A stretch of DNA of 64,000 nt from Oikopleura dioica (taxonomy: Eukaryota; Animalia; Chordata), in contig OU015568.1 of the NCBI GenBank assembly GCA_907165135.1, forward strand, positions 14,260,001 to 14,324,000, read 5' to 3'. The stretch's first letter is position 1. The number at the start of each line of letters is the position of its first letter. The notes beneath the pieces are model-generated. The model worked only from the letters and a program-made list of their open reading frames with translations. It did no database searches and was not told the origin of the DNA. Positions 48,690-61,266 of the stretch are shown in pieces. The translations under genes were made by a program, and so were the position numbers.

Positions 48690-50538
48690 ATCTAGAGAAT
48701 ATGGCACCGGTGGGCCAATGGCGCGCCAGGGCGACCACAAGATGCCGTCGAAAATCTTGTGACGTCATCCTTGATTTCAGTTGCGATTGCGCGGTTTCTA
48801 GGGAAATTCTGCTCCTTTTTCGAAGTCTTAGAACTTTATTGACAAGTTTATTAAATAAACTTTCGAATGGGCGCTCATCTCGGAGCTGAAGAAAATCATG
48901 GATGAAAAATTTCGGAGGTAGAAGCGGATTGTTTCAATAGAAATAGTCTTTTGTAGCGAATAGGTCTGGTTCCTTCTTTCTTATTCCGGGTTTTCAATTT
49001 GTCGATCTATCCTTTTTATCCAGAAAACAAAAACCGGTTCCTAAGCCAGGAAAGCAACTTTGTAATACTTTGAATGACGACTTTTCTTCTGACAAGGGGA
49101 CCGAAAGCAGCAAAGAGGATAAAGTTTTTGTCTTCCAAACAACATTGACGCTTTGAATATTCGAGCGATACAGTAGCTTCACTTCGCCAGAAGTAATCAT
49201 CGAAAATAAAGCTCGATATCTTGCTAAAGTGTCGCCATCGAAACCAGCTGGTACAGTTACTAAAATTTAAATCAAGAAAAGAACGACTGAAAAGTACAAA
49301 CCTTGATTATTTGAGTTACTGCAGTACATAAAGTGTTTGATCTGTGGAATGCCTGCATCGGTAGTAACGTAGTTTTCAGCTGATTCTAGCACACAATGTA
49401 TTAGTTTCTTCGAAGCAAGTTTTTTCGCGATGTTGTCTTTGACTTTCCGAAGCTCGTGAAAAGTATCAGGAGAGCGGTTGTTTGAGATCAGGACAAGGCA
49501 CATTCGATCGTCTGATCTGACATCGAGTTAGTCGGAATACATGTCAAAAAGTACTCACTCGGGTATGTAAGAAATATGAGCTTGGAGAGAATAAGATTCT
49601 TCAAGTCTTGGAAGACAAATTGGAAGCCAAACTTCAGAATCTTTCAGACTCTGCTGGTTTTTGAGAAGATTTAGCAAAAGAAGAATGTCGATAGGATGAA
49701 ATTTCGGAATGTTTTTGTCCTAAAAAATTGAATCGTTTCTTCGTCAATCCTTTCTCCTACCTGGCACATGCATAAAACACGCGAGTCCAGGCAGAGAAGG
49801 CTGAAAACAAGGCCAGGTTCGTCGCCAGGGTCGCGGCAAGACGATAAAATGGAACCGATTTGATCGCGTTTTGATGCTTGAAGAGGAATGAGTTGAATTG
49901 ACTGTAAGAAAAACGCTGGATCGCTGAAAACAAATTTCGCTTCTAATGATTGTGCCCTGGACTTACGTTTCTATTGAGTCGCAAATTGAGTGAAGAAATC
50001 TCTCTGACCCGGAAATATATCGACGAAGATCGAAGGTCGAGTTCATTTCGTATCGTCTTTTTATTTCACCGCCGGATATCAAGCTCAAAATTTGATCCCT
50101 AACAATTTGCAGCTCAAAGTTCATCTGTTTCCCCGTTCCAAATCCGATTGCCACTAAAATGCTTAAAATGGTTCAAAGTACAAAAGGATACCTAAAATAA
50201 GTGGCTCGACATGATAGTAGACCATCTTTCGACCCCCTCCGAGTTCGATCTCGTGAAGTTCATCGTCATTTTCTTCGACAATCGAGAAGAGCGTGTAAAG
50301 AATTCCCATCAACGCCGAGGTCACTTCCTCGTCGCCATGTCGTGCCCAAACTGGTTTGCCGGCTTTGGTAAAGACCAGAACGTGTTTTAGACTGAAATAT
50401 TTTTTTACAATGACTGCCAAACAATCATTTGTACCTTGGGTCAAATTTGTCAAAGAGATGCAGTTCTTTTTTATTTTCACTTTTTTCAAATATCTCGGCG
50501 ACATCATTCTCGTCCAGTTCTGGCTCATTTTCCGACAT
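48690..50538 (-). CDS. MON1: Vacuolar fusion protein MON1 (Rab7 GEF subunit); 3' end approximate
   Basis: KHVLVFTKAGKPVWARHGDEE...LMGIL; QILSLIS...FDLRRYISGSERF. Confidence 0.87.
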
Positions 50539-50635
50539 TTCTAAATTAAATATTCCTTTATTAAAGTAAGTGGAGGAATGTGTGTGTTAAATGACAATGA
50601 AGTGAGGGCAGTGGATTTATAAATTTCGAAAGTTC

Positions 50636-52721
50636 TCAATTCGCCTTCTTCCTTGTGTATTTTCGCTTTTTCGTTGGGCTCTTCGAGAGCGGCGTCAAAT
50701 TGAGCTTCTGAGTCGCTGATTTATTTTGAGAAGTCCTCGCTCTTTCTCGCGCTTGCGCGACCATCTCGTCTGGTTTGTATTCTTTCAGATCTTCCAGACG
50801 GAGTTTTTGAAGAAAGCGCTGAATGTCTCTTGCACATTCGACTGGATCGGTTGACGATTCGGTCATGATCTGTTTGTTTTCATATGCTTTCATGAAGTTT
50901 GCGGCAGCTGAAGACAAATTTATGTACTCCAAAAGTTTTTGCTAATGATTAAACCTCGGTCATAAAGGAAGTCTTTGAACGCCTTGATACGATCCGGTAA
51001 TTCATTGAGTCCTTTGAGTGTTGTTTCTCCTTCCAATTCATCTATTTTTCCTTCAGGGAGATACATAAACGAGTTTTCTCGATAAATTAAATATCTTTTC
51101 TGATAATTTCATTCGAATATCTCTTCCTTGAATAATATTCGTCATCGCAATCTCATGAAGGAATTCTAACGGTTCATTTTCTGCCAAATTCTTCTCAATA
51201 ATCGGCAGCATCGCCTGCCGTTCTTCCGCAAAGATCGCCGCGTCCATTTCATCGAAGCCAAAAAATTTGCTCGACCTTTCTTTCTTCATGATTGGATTTT
51301 TATACTTGACAATGTCGGTATTGATCGCATATTCTTTCGCGTCTTTCGCGGTTAAGAATTCGCGAAGCTTCATTTTTGGTATCCCCGCTTCTTGGAGCAC
51401 TCTCAATCGCAGTAGAGGCATCTCTGGAGCTAATTTGCGTGACTTTTGTCGTTTTAAATCGCACTCTTGCTTCATGTCTTTCACTTGAGCGAGGATAATG
51501 CTCGCGATTTGCTGCTTTAGCTGCTTCACATCTTCTACTTCGAAATCGACATAGTCGGACTAAAAATTTTATCCATTTGGAAAGAGAAATGAATTTTTTA
51601 CGAGGACAAAGTCGCGGAAAATGAAGATTCTTGACGTGTCCAGCGGGATTTTATCATGTCGCCAAAAGAGCTCGTTCTTTTTTCGTCGAATCGTCAACAT
51701 TCCAATACGCCTTTGCTCGAGTTCACCGTTAGTGAGCGAAGTGACAACCGTTGCTCCTGGCTGGTCAATGAGTGTTCGCTTGTCTGCTCGCCAGTCGTAC
51801 TTTTGATCGTGTTCGTGGCCCCAGAGAACGTAGTCGATGAAGTCGGGAATCTCATCATCTTGGTAATAGTCTGTCTTCGAAGATCTGAAGTAACGCATTA
51901 GTTTCTGAGCGACTTAATCATTTGGAACCTCGGCACACGATTTTGATGAACAACGAGAATATTGAAATAATCTTCGTGATCTTCAGGAACCTCAAAAACC
52001 ACGTTCCCAAGATCGACGATTGACCTGAAGCGCATATCTGTGATCCAGCCCCAACCATAAATTGCAATCTTAGTCTGTCCTTTCTGGAGTAGAACTGGAT
52101 AAATTCTCAGTATTCCATCGGAAAGCTTCGTTCTCCGTCCGAATTGACTACAATCCTTTGTTTTAATTCAATTACTTTCTCAAATTTTTACCTCAAAAGA
52201 CCAAGCTCGGCAAAATACTCGAGCACGGTGCTATCTAACTCTCCTGTCGGATTATCATGATTGCCATGGATCGTCATGATCGGCTTAGCAACTGGGAAAT
52301 ACCCGTTTTCCCATCGAGGCAGCGTATCTGGAACTTCTTCGCCTTCGACACAAAAGTTCTTTACTGGATCAGAGAGAAGTCTGAATTTATGATCAACCTC
52401 TCCAGGAACGTACTTCATAAATAATTGTATCGCTCTCTCCAAGACAGAGGCCCTAGAATCAGTCTTAATAATGATCCGCTTTACACGAACTAACGAAGGG
52501 TTGTTCTTTTCGAAAATATCGCCTCCCATAAGGAGAAAATCCGGCTGAGAATTCCCGTAAATTTGAAATATTTCTTCCATCGTATTGAAGGAATCATCGT
52601 GCTGATCTTTGCACGTATGCTTGTAACCCAAGTGAGTATCTGTCGCAATAAGGATCTTGAATGTGTGCTCGTCTTCTATTATATCCTCTGATCTGGATTT
52701 TTCCAGTTTTTTATTTTTCAT
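50636..52721 (-). CDS. MRE11: Double-strand break repair nuclease MRE11
   Basis: FKILIATDTHLG; GGDIF; IHGNHDNPTG; VVHQNR; VLWGHEH; QPGATV. Confidence 0.95.
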
Positions 52722-52951
52722 CGCACTCTAAAAATTTTATTTTAAGGACATCTGTATTTTTAGGTCACCAGAAGTTTGGTCTCAGGAACAAGGAAAAGGA
52801 TCGGAAAGAAGGCCGATTGCTAATTCTTCCTAGCGAAAGAGGCCTTCTTTCTTTGCCGAACAGAACAAAGTCAGATTTTTTGAGATAGTTACATTTTTCA
52901 GTCATTTTTTTGTTGAAGGTTAGAATAATTAATTGTTCTTTTTTCGAAGAT

Positions 52952-53522
52952 TTAGGCTGATGCTTCTGCAGCGGCTTTCTTCTTGTTTGCGATATCGCGG
53001 ACAGCGGCTTTAATAGCATCCTCGGCCAAAACTGAGCAGTGGAGCTTGACTGGAGGAAGAGAAAGCTCCTGAATTCTTGATCAGAAATGGAAGATAGGGG
53101 GATCTCTTACGGTGGCAATATCTGTGTTCTTAATCTTCTGAGCTTCAGTAGTATGCTTGCCGATCATCATCTCAGTAGCGAGTGAAGAAGAAGCGATGGC
53201 AGATCCGCAGCCAAAGGTCTTGAACTTCGCGTCGATGATCTTTCCGTCATCATCGACCTAAAACCATGATAGAGAATGCTTTGTTGATTCCTTTACCTCG
53301 ATCATGAGTTTCATGACATCACCGCAAGCTGGAGCTCCAACCATGCCAGTTCCGACGTTAACCTTGTTCTTGTCGAGCGAGCCGATGTTTCGAGGATTGT
53401 TGAAATGATCGTGAACCTAAAAAATCTCATTCCAGCAACGTTTCATGAAAAACTCTTACTTTAGCGTGGTAAGCGCGAGCAGCAGTGACGGCTCGAGCTG
53501 ACTTTGATGCGGTTCTCAACAT
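52952..53522 (-). CDS. ISCU: Iron-sulfur cluster scaffold ISCU
   Basis: [14 protein letters not shown]...[11 protein letters not shown]...[18 protein letters not shown]...[21 protein letters not shown]; 4 exons. Confidence 0.97.
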
Positions 53523-53689
53523 TTTGTTCTGAAGAGAAAATCTTGATGAGAAACGTCAATCTTGATCTTGAACGAAAGGAGTGTCAATTTTACTTGTGAA
53601 GAGTAGAGAGTTACTGTTAATGTTATTTTACAGACAAGATGAAGAGCTTGTGACGTGTTTTCTTTTTGAAATTTCGGCAGTTTTGTATT

Positions 53690-54370
53690 TCATTTTCCTT
53701 TGCCAAAATCTTCGACTTTCGTATTCTGATAGAACGTCGTTGTCAGTTCGGTGATTGCTTCTTGATGATTGTCAGGAACTTTTCCAACTGGTCTGGCAGG
53801 GGCACCACCGAAAATAGCAAAAGGGGGGACAACAGTGTCAGGGGCCAGGACCGCGTCGGGGAGAATCACTGCGCATTCTTTGATGACTGCTCGTTTTCCG
53901 ATCACTGCGTTTTTGCCAATATTCACTAAGAGGACTGTTTATCCAAGAAACAACGCTTTTAGTACCGAAACTGCCGATTTGCGCCGCAGAAACAACCACA
54001 TTTTCTTCGATCAAGCAGTGTTCTCCAATCGTTAGCGGCACAAAAGCGACTCCCTTGTTGAAATGCTTCAAACTCGGTCGTAAGATCGTTCCGTCGCGGA
54101 TCTACTAAAAGGTTGAAAGAGGAAAAGTGATGTTTTCAGCTTGCCATTGAATATTTTCCAACACGAACATGCGCCAAATCTCCACGAATAACACAAGTTG
54201 GCCCAACGAACACTTTTCCAGATAAAACGATATTTTGAGAGCCAAATAAGCCAGCCATTTTGCTCACTACGAATTTGATCAATGATTTCCCTTCGAAAAA
54301 AAATACCTCTATTTCTAGTCGTCGTTTCCAAAAAGTGCTTTCTGTCGCAGTTCTCCACCCTTATCTCCAT
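53690..54370 (-). CDS. DCTN5: Dynactin subunit 5 (p25)
   Basis: [10 protein letters not shown]...[11 protein letters not shown]...[13 protein letters not shown]...AAQIGS...[12 protein letters not shown]. Confidence 0.93.
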
Positions 54371-54725
54371 TCTGTCTTTCTATTTTTTATCTCTTATTCT
54401 TTTGAAAAAATATCTTTTTTTAGTTATTTTTTCTCGATTCTTCTGGCACTTTCGCGGGAGGAGAAATTGGCCTCGGCCAATCAACGCGCTTTTATCCCTT
54501 GGCTTTCATTTTTCCTCTGAAATTTTCGATTTTTCGCCCCTCTCTCGCGGACAGATTACATTTTACAAGAAATTCATAAAGTCGTATAAGAGAAGAAAAC
54601 TTCTAGAATAGGTAAGAGAGAACCAATATTGATTACGTCATCCGTGCGTGAGTTCTCCTTCAGGGAGATCGATTTCATTACAGTTAACATTAATTCTAGT
54701 GTAGAAAATATCAACTCATTCGGCG

Positions 54726-56602
54726 ATGCCAAAAGACTCAGATGCCTGGCTGCAAAGCCTAGACGAATTCAAGGCCTTGCAAAATTACGAGAAGCAAAAG
54801 AAGCAAGGAAAGAACGCCTTCGAAAAAGCAGAAAGAACCGTCCGCGGTGACTGGAAGCCCCGACAAAAAGGCCGTGGTGATTGGATTTGTCCTCGGCATG
54901 AGTGTGGAAACATCAACTTTGGCTACAGAGACGAATGCAACTTGTGCTCGGAGCCGCGGCCCAAGTCGAATTTCTTCAATATCAAAGGTCGATTCGTCCG
55001 TCCCAGCGATACCGGCGGCGAAATCGGCGAAGAAGCCTCGACCAAGTCAGGCGGGTTGTTTTCAGCGGACGATTGGATCTGCCGCTGTGGAAATATCAAC
55101 TGGGCGAAGAGAAATGCCTGTCACGAGTGTGGACGATCTCGTGTCGAGCTTGCGCCGCGACTGGGATCAAGAATGGCGGATTCTGAAGGAAAAGCGATCA
55201 AGAATGAAATGCTCTTCCGCGCGGGCGACACGGACATCAACCGACTTGCGCCAGAAGAATTCGCCAGAGTTGGACTTGGAAAATTCGCAAAGACGGATCC
55301 GAATATGATCTATGGTGGCGGCTCCATGGCCGGTTCGGATAGATTGATGCTGCCAGATGCTTCTGAAACGAAAAAGTTTAATATGATGATGTCCAAGTCA
55401 CGCGGCTCGAGAGGCGACATGAAAATGCCTGGCTTCCACGGACTCCGATACCCGGGTTGGGAAGAGGAAGAAGAAGACTTTGGCGAAGAGGCGAAAAAAG
55501 AGATCGAAGAAGAAGATGAAATTCTCGACAAATCTGAAATGGATGAAAACAAAAAGATGCGTGATGCTCTTTCTCGGGCGCAGAAAGAAGAGGAACTCAA
55601 AGAATTGAAATACAAGGCGGAGAGAAAAGCTGCGGCGATGGGGATTCTCTGGTACGAGTGCTGGGAAAACCCGATGGTCGAACAACGCGAATTCGATAGG
55701 GACGACCTAGAGAAATCAAACGAAAACTACATGGGCAGGTATGTTTCTCCTACCTCCTTTATTTCTTCAACTATTTTTTGATGAAGAGCTCTTCCGGAAC
55801 GAGCGGTTCGGAACTACGACGGTGAATCATCGGACGACGAAGAAGAAGAAGAGCAAAAGAAGCCCTGGGACTTCAAAATCCCTCTCGCCAAACACCAAAT
55901 CGATGAACGACCAGAAGAAGTCCAAGAGCACGAATTCTTCAATCTTCTCGACGAGAAAGAAAGAAAGCGACTTCTCGGTAAGCCGATCATCCTTTTTTAC
56001 CTGTTCTTCACATTTTCCATAGAAAAGAAACTTGAGAAGAATATGAAAAAGATTCAAAAGCAATTGGCGAAAGAAAAAGCCCGAAACGAAGAAAAGAAGA
56101 AAGAAATGGAGCAAAAAAAAATTAAAAAAGAAGAAAAGAAAGGTAATGATCCACACTGTGAATTTCACAGTTTCCTTCGAGTTATAAATACATTTTGCAG
56201 CCGAGCGAGATAGATTAATCGCTCTGGGAGTACTTGATCCAAACAGCGAGGTCAAAACTGAACCCGCAGATGACTCAGCAGCTGCTTCAACCGCTCCAAC
56301 TGACGATTCTGAAGATGTCAAGCCGAAGATCAAAAAGAGCCCGAATCCGACGATGAAGATGTCGACGGTGTTGATATGGGTAAAATGATCATTAAGAGCG
56401 GTCGTTTTCATGACTTTGATTTTCAGAGGACACGCAAAAGCTGACGTCAATGAGGCACCAGTTTATTCCCGGCGGACTAAAAGAACCTGAGCAGCGTGAA
56501 CAGGTCAAAATCGGGCTGAACTTCGGCGGGAGCAAAGTTGTCAAGCGCAACACGGTTAAAAAAGCGTTCACGATCAAGCAGAAGAGAAAAATGTTCGGCT
56601 GA
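54726..56602 (+). CDS. ZRANB2: ZRANB2-like protein with two RanBP2 zinc fingers and an acidic/Lys-rich C-terminus
   Basis: [15 protein letters not shown]...CNLC; linker [21 protein letters not shown] (human GGTEIGKTLAEKSRGLFSANDW); second finger [10 protein letters not shown]...CHEC. Confidence 0.75.
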
Positions 56603-56806
56603 GCCCTTTTCTTTCTTTTCACTTCCTTTATATTTTCTTCATACTTAAAACTATCGGTCAGCTTCGTGACCAAGATCATTTCAACTCTTGTTCCAGTCTA
56701 TTCTTTACGGATATTCCAGTCGTTGTCAACTTATAACTTGGTTTTTACAAGTTCCACAATTATCGAGAAAATCCTTCAAAATTATAAAATTTCCAATAGT
56801 TTCAGC

Positions 56807-58211
56807 ATGGCAAAGTGGGGCGAAGGAGATCCCAGATGGATCGTCGAGGAGCGAGCTGATTCACACAATGTCAACAACTGGCATTGGAAAGAAGTCGGTA
56901 CGTTTTTTCTTGATGTTTCTCACGAGTTAAAATCTGGTCTAGATGCGAACAAGTGGTCCGAGAAGAAAATCAAGGAGCTGCTTGAAGGCATGGTTGTTGA
57001 AGACGGACCCTACCAGGAACTGGTTCAACTAAAATCCCATCAAAATGGGGAGGAGAATATTTTGGATGATCCAGGAAAAAGTTTGAAATTCAAAAAGATC
57101 TCAAAGTCAACGGCGAATCCATGGCCAGCAATCGCAAGAACAAGCTCATCGCATACTGGGACTACACTTTGGAGATAAAATTCAAGCTGAAACACAAAGG
57201 CAACGAAGTCGAATGTAAGTGATTTCAATTTTTGTGACGCGTATCTCTGAATACGTTATTTAGCAAAGGGGACGATAAAATGTCCTAACTTTAGCCAAGA
57301 AAACGACCCGGACGAGTGGGATCTCTCCTCTACCAAGTATGACAAAGATGAGCACTACGATGCGGAAGGGTTGAAGTTTATCAAGGCAAAGGGACACTCG
57401 TTAATAAGAGACAAATTGGAGGTGATGATTTACCTGTTATGAAGCAAAAATAAGCATCCTTTCAGATATACGGAAAACTTCTTCGGGACGACTTTGCTAA
57501 GAGCGTCTGCCAAGTCGCATCCAACAACGGCCCGGAAAAGAAAGCTAACGCTCAGCAAATCACTACGAATATGAAAAAGGTCGAGATCAACAAGCCTGTC
57601 GAAGCGAAGAAGACAACGACGACAACAACGTCTGGCTCACAAATAAAAACAAAGAAGCTTGTACTGAAGGAGACGTTTATGTGCGCGGTCCCTGAAGTTT
57701 ATAATGTAAGTATCTTTTTCATGTTTTGTATCCAATAAAGGATGATTTCAGGTCTTCATCGATAAACAAAGAGTCAGTGCTTGGACCCGTGGTGCTATGC
57801 AGTCGTATAATGTAAGTTTCTGTCAAGAAAGCTTGCAATAACCGCCGTTCAGCCGGATAAAAATGGCGAGTTCGTTCTCTTCGGCGGCATCGTCACTGGA
57901 ACTTTCGTCGAGCTCGAGCAGGACAAGAAAATCGTGATGAAGTGGAGACTCCGACACTGGCCCGCCGCGCACTTCTCAACTGCCTCGATGGTGTTCGAGC
58001 AAACTGATAAAGGTGCTAAAATGACGCTCGAGCAATCTGGTGTTCCCGAAAGTGATATTGAAAGAACGAAACAGGAACAGTTCAAAATTCAAGCAAAAAA
58101 ACCAATCGTTTTTTCTTGTCTGGACAAGTTTTGAACTCAAAAAAGGGATGGAGAGAATTCTATTGGAATCCGATCAAATTTACATTCGGCTTTGGAATCA
58201 GCGTTTCTTAA
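56807..58211 (+). CDS. AHSA1: Hsp90 ATPase activator AHA1
   Basis: MAKWGEGDPRWIVEERADSHNVNNWHWKE; C-terminal GEFVLFGGIVTG...WRLRHWP...QGWREFYW. Confidence 0.96.
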
Positions 58212-58610
58212 CATCTGTTCATAAAGAAATATTTTTATTCTCAAAATTGAGAACCAAATTAACTGTTAGGATTTACGCCATTTTTATCGTTGAAATACAG
58301 TGTTCCCCCAAAACATTTTTCACCGTATTTCCGCGCTCGTAGAAAATGAGCTACCACTTCTGATCAAGCCACTCCACCCAGTACAATCGAAGTCACCATT
58401 CCATCTTCAGATGAAAATCTCAATTTCATCAATTACTGTTCATTAAAAAGTGACAGATCGTTTCGTAGGACTCCTGTTTGTGCTCTTCTTCAAAAAGACT
58501 GTCTTTTAGAAGATAAAATTAGGTTATCCCCTTTTTCTGACTTGTGCCAAAGGTACTACCTCAAGTTTATCCTCCTTCGTGTTTGTTTTTCAGGCGCCTT
58601 TGGTAAAAAT

Positions 58611-59796
58611 GACGGCGATGATTCTAGTACAAATCCGACTTTAGTACAAATCCGACAATAGTACAAGTCCGACTTTAGTACAAATATTTTTTGTACTATT
58701 GTCGGATTTGTACTAAAGTCGGATTTGTACTATTGTCGGCTTTTGCGAAACAGTCTCTAGAATGTTTATTTATCACCGGGACTTGTGCTAAATTCGTCAC
58801 TTTTTAAAATTTGTACTAAATGCAACGTTTTCAAAAATTTGTACTAAAGTCGTCACTTTTTGTCAAAAGATTTTTATAAAATGGAAACACATTTTGCATG
58901 AAGACTTTGCTCGACCCCCTCCCAGATGATAATTCAAAAAAGATGACTAAAAGGAAAGTTCTAGCCAAACGGATACCGCTTTTCTTTCTCTCCGTCAATC
59001 AAGGGCAAAGTTTAGTCCGTTTCGGGAATTTTCGCGGTAAAAACCAAGAAATATGGCAAATATCCCAACGATATGAATAGTCTCCATTTGCCCAAGATTT
59101 TCTTATGCCCAACTTGGGTTACCGGCGATTAACTTGCCATCAACTTGCCTGAACAATTCCTTTGGCAAAACAAGGCAAGGCAAGTACTTGCATTGCCAAA
59201 CTTGCCATTTTACTTGTCATTGGATCCATCAATTTATGTTAATTCACATCGCCGGTAACCCAAGTTGGGCATAAGAAAATCTTGGGCAAATGGAGACCAT
59301 TCATATCGTTGGGATATTTGCCATATTACTTGTTTTTTTACCGCGAAAATTCCCGAAACGGACTAAACTTTGCCCTTGATTGGCGGAGAGAAAGAAAAGC
59401 GGTATGTCACATACCGTATGTGCTTGGCTAGAACGTTTCATATAAGTCATCTTTTTTTTTTGAATGACCATCTGGGAGGGGGGTCGAGCAAAGTCTTCAT
59501 GCAAAATGTGTTTCCATTTTTTATAAATCTTTTGACAAAAAGTGACGACTTTAGTACAAATTTTTGAAAAACGTCGCATTTAGTACAAATTTTAAAAAAG
59601 TGACGAATTTAGTACAAGTCCCGCTGATCAATAAACATTCTAGAGACTGTTTCGCAAAAAAAAGGCCGACAATAGTACAAATCCGACTTTAGTACAAATC
59701 CGACAATAGTACAAAAAAAATATTTGTACTAAAGTCGGACTTGTACTATTGTCGGATTTGTACTAAAGTCGGATTTGTACTAAAATCGCCCCCGTC
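58611..59796. mobile_element. Non-autonomous foldback (Mutator/FB-like) element, 1186 bp, with about 520-550 bp inverted arms
   Basis: 9 bp TSD GGTAAAAAT (58602-58610 and 59797-59805); GACGG...CCGTC termini; arms 58611-59129 and 59248-59796; 17 bp subterminal repeats TAGTACAAATCCGAC(TT/AA); no coding capacity. Confidence 0.93.
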
Positions 59797-61094
59797 GGTA
59801 AAAATAAATGCCTTTGACTGATTGCACATAAAGTAACATCTAATTTGTACCTTTCTTTTTTTTTTGTTATCTTTCGGACTTATGGAGACGTGTGATGAAT
59901 AAAATCAAGCAATCCTAGTCTTAGAGTTTTCAAGTTCTTGCAGGTCGTATTTGGAAGGAAAAGGGCATGAAAATAACATAAGGGCATCCAGTCAAACAAG
60001 CTCTTGCAAGTTGCAAGTTTTGAAGCTCCAAAATGATTTGTTTTCATGTTAATCTTTGTGATTCTTCGATGGTAACTAGTAAAACTATCATACTATGATT
60101 CCTTTGGGGACAGTTTGGTAGACATATTGTCATCAATTTGATGAATTCGCTTTAAAATCCGGCTCAGCACAAGAAAAACACGTCCAGTCCAAGTTTTCAC
60201 GTCTTGCGAGCGAGTGCCGTAGTAAAACGCGCCGCCTACGCATTTTCTCTTTCTACTCAGGACGCGCGCTGATTAGCCGTGCGCTCAGCACAACCGCTGA
60301 TTCGCCACGCCACGGGAAGCTATCTAAATAGTCGCCGCCGGAGAGAATTGTATTTTTCTAGATCACGTCACCTCTTTTCCAAAGAAAGAATATGTAAATG
60401 GTTTCATGCAGGAAACGGGTCAAGAGCACTTCTGCAATTCTAGAATCGTAAAAATATTTTATGAAAGTCATTTGAATATGGAATATGGGAATCGCGCGTC
60501 CGCTAATTATCCTTTTAACTTAGGTTACTCATTCAGAGCTGTATTTATTCAGTTTTTTCTTCTAAAATTATCTTTTTCAGTGCATTTTATGGAATGGGAT
60601 ATTTTAATTTGATGAAAAATACCTGACACTGGAATATGAAAAAATAATATGCTGTGAATTATTGTATGTTGGTTTCGTGTTAAAAATATATTTCCACTCG
60701 AAAAGTTCAGGAAAAATACACTAGAAGAGTCTTCTAGCATTGAGCTCAGCGTAGTCATCAGAACATGAAGTGGAAAAGAGAGATCTTCCGGAAGAGGAAG
60801 ATTCTTCGCTACTCGTTCTTTCGAGAAGATTTTCAACTGGAGAGCACGCCCTTGAGTTTTTCGGCGGCGGGGGAGATCCTAGAAGAGAAGTTACTATTTA
60901 TAGAATTGTAACTGTATAAGTGCCCTTACCTAGTGCGAACAGGTACTGGGTCAGGTTGGCTGTTACTCCCAGACTCTCCCCAGTGCTTACACAGTTCAGT
61001 TTCTTCGAGAAGCAATAGTCCCGCACAGACTTAACTGTTATCACCTTCTTTTTAGTCGGAGTCCTAATCTACGTCAGTCAAATTAACAAAGTGT

Positions 61095-61266
61095 GGGCTC
61101 GGCAACCTGTGTGGAAAACCTGAGTCAGGATCCGAAAGATTTCCAATAAAATTCATCGGAAAGAAAGTTATGCGAATTACAGCTTCATTTAAATAAGCCA
61201 CTACGCGGCTATACATTAGAAATCTTTCAGAACCTGACTCAAGTTTTCTTCACAACTGCTGAATTC
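61095..61266. mobile_element. MITE-like short inverted-repeat element, copy 1 (upstream of the receptor gene)
   Basis: Left end GGGCTCGGCAACCTGTGTGGAAAACCTGAGTCAGGATC; degenerate inverted right end containing TGACTCA at 61235-61241. Confidence 0.6.

Noticed and set aside
17864-52721. Functional link between SAMHD1 and MRE11 being in one window
   Set aside because: They are 30 kb and many genes apart in different transcription units; proximity is expected by chance in a gene-dense genome.
52765-53019. 84-aa minus-strand ORF
   Set aside because: It is an alternative frame of the last ISCU exon running into UTR.
58620-58745. 17 bp regularly spaced repeats resembling a CRISPR array
   Set aside because: The copies are contiguous with no unique spacers, are mirrored at 59660-59785, and lie in a eukaryotic genome with no cas genes. 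They are transposon subterminal repeats.
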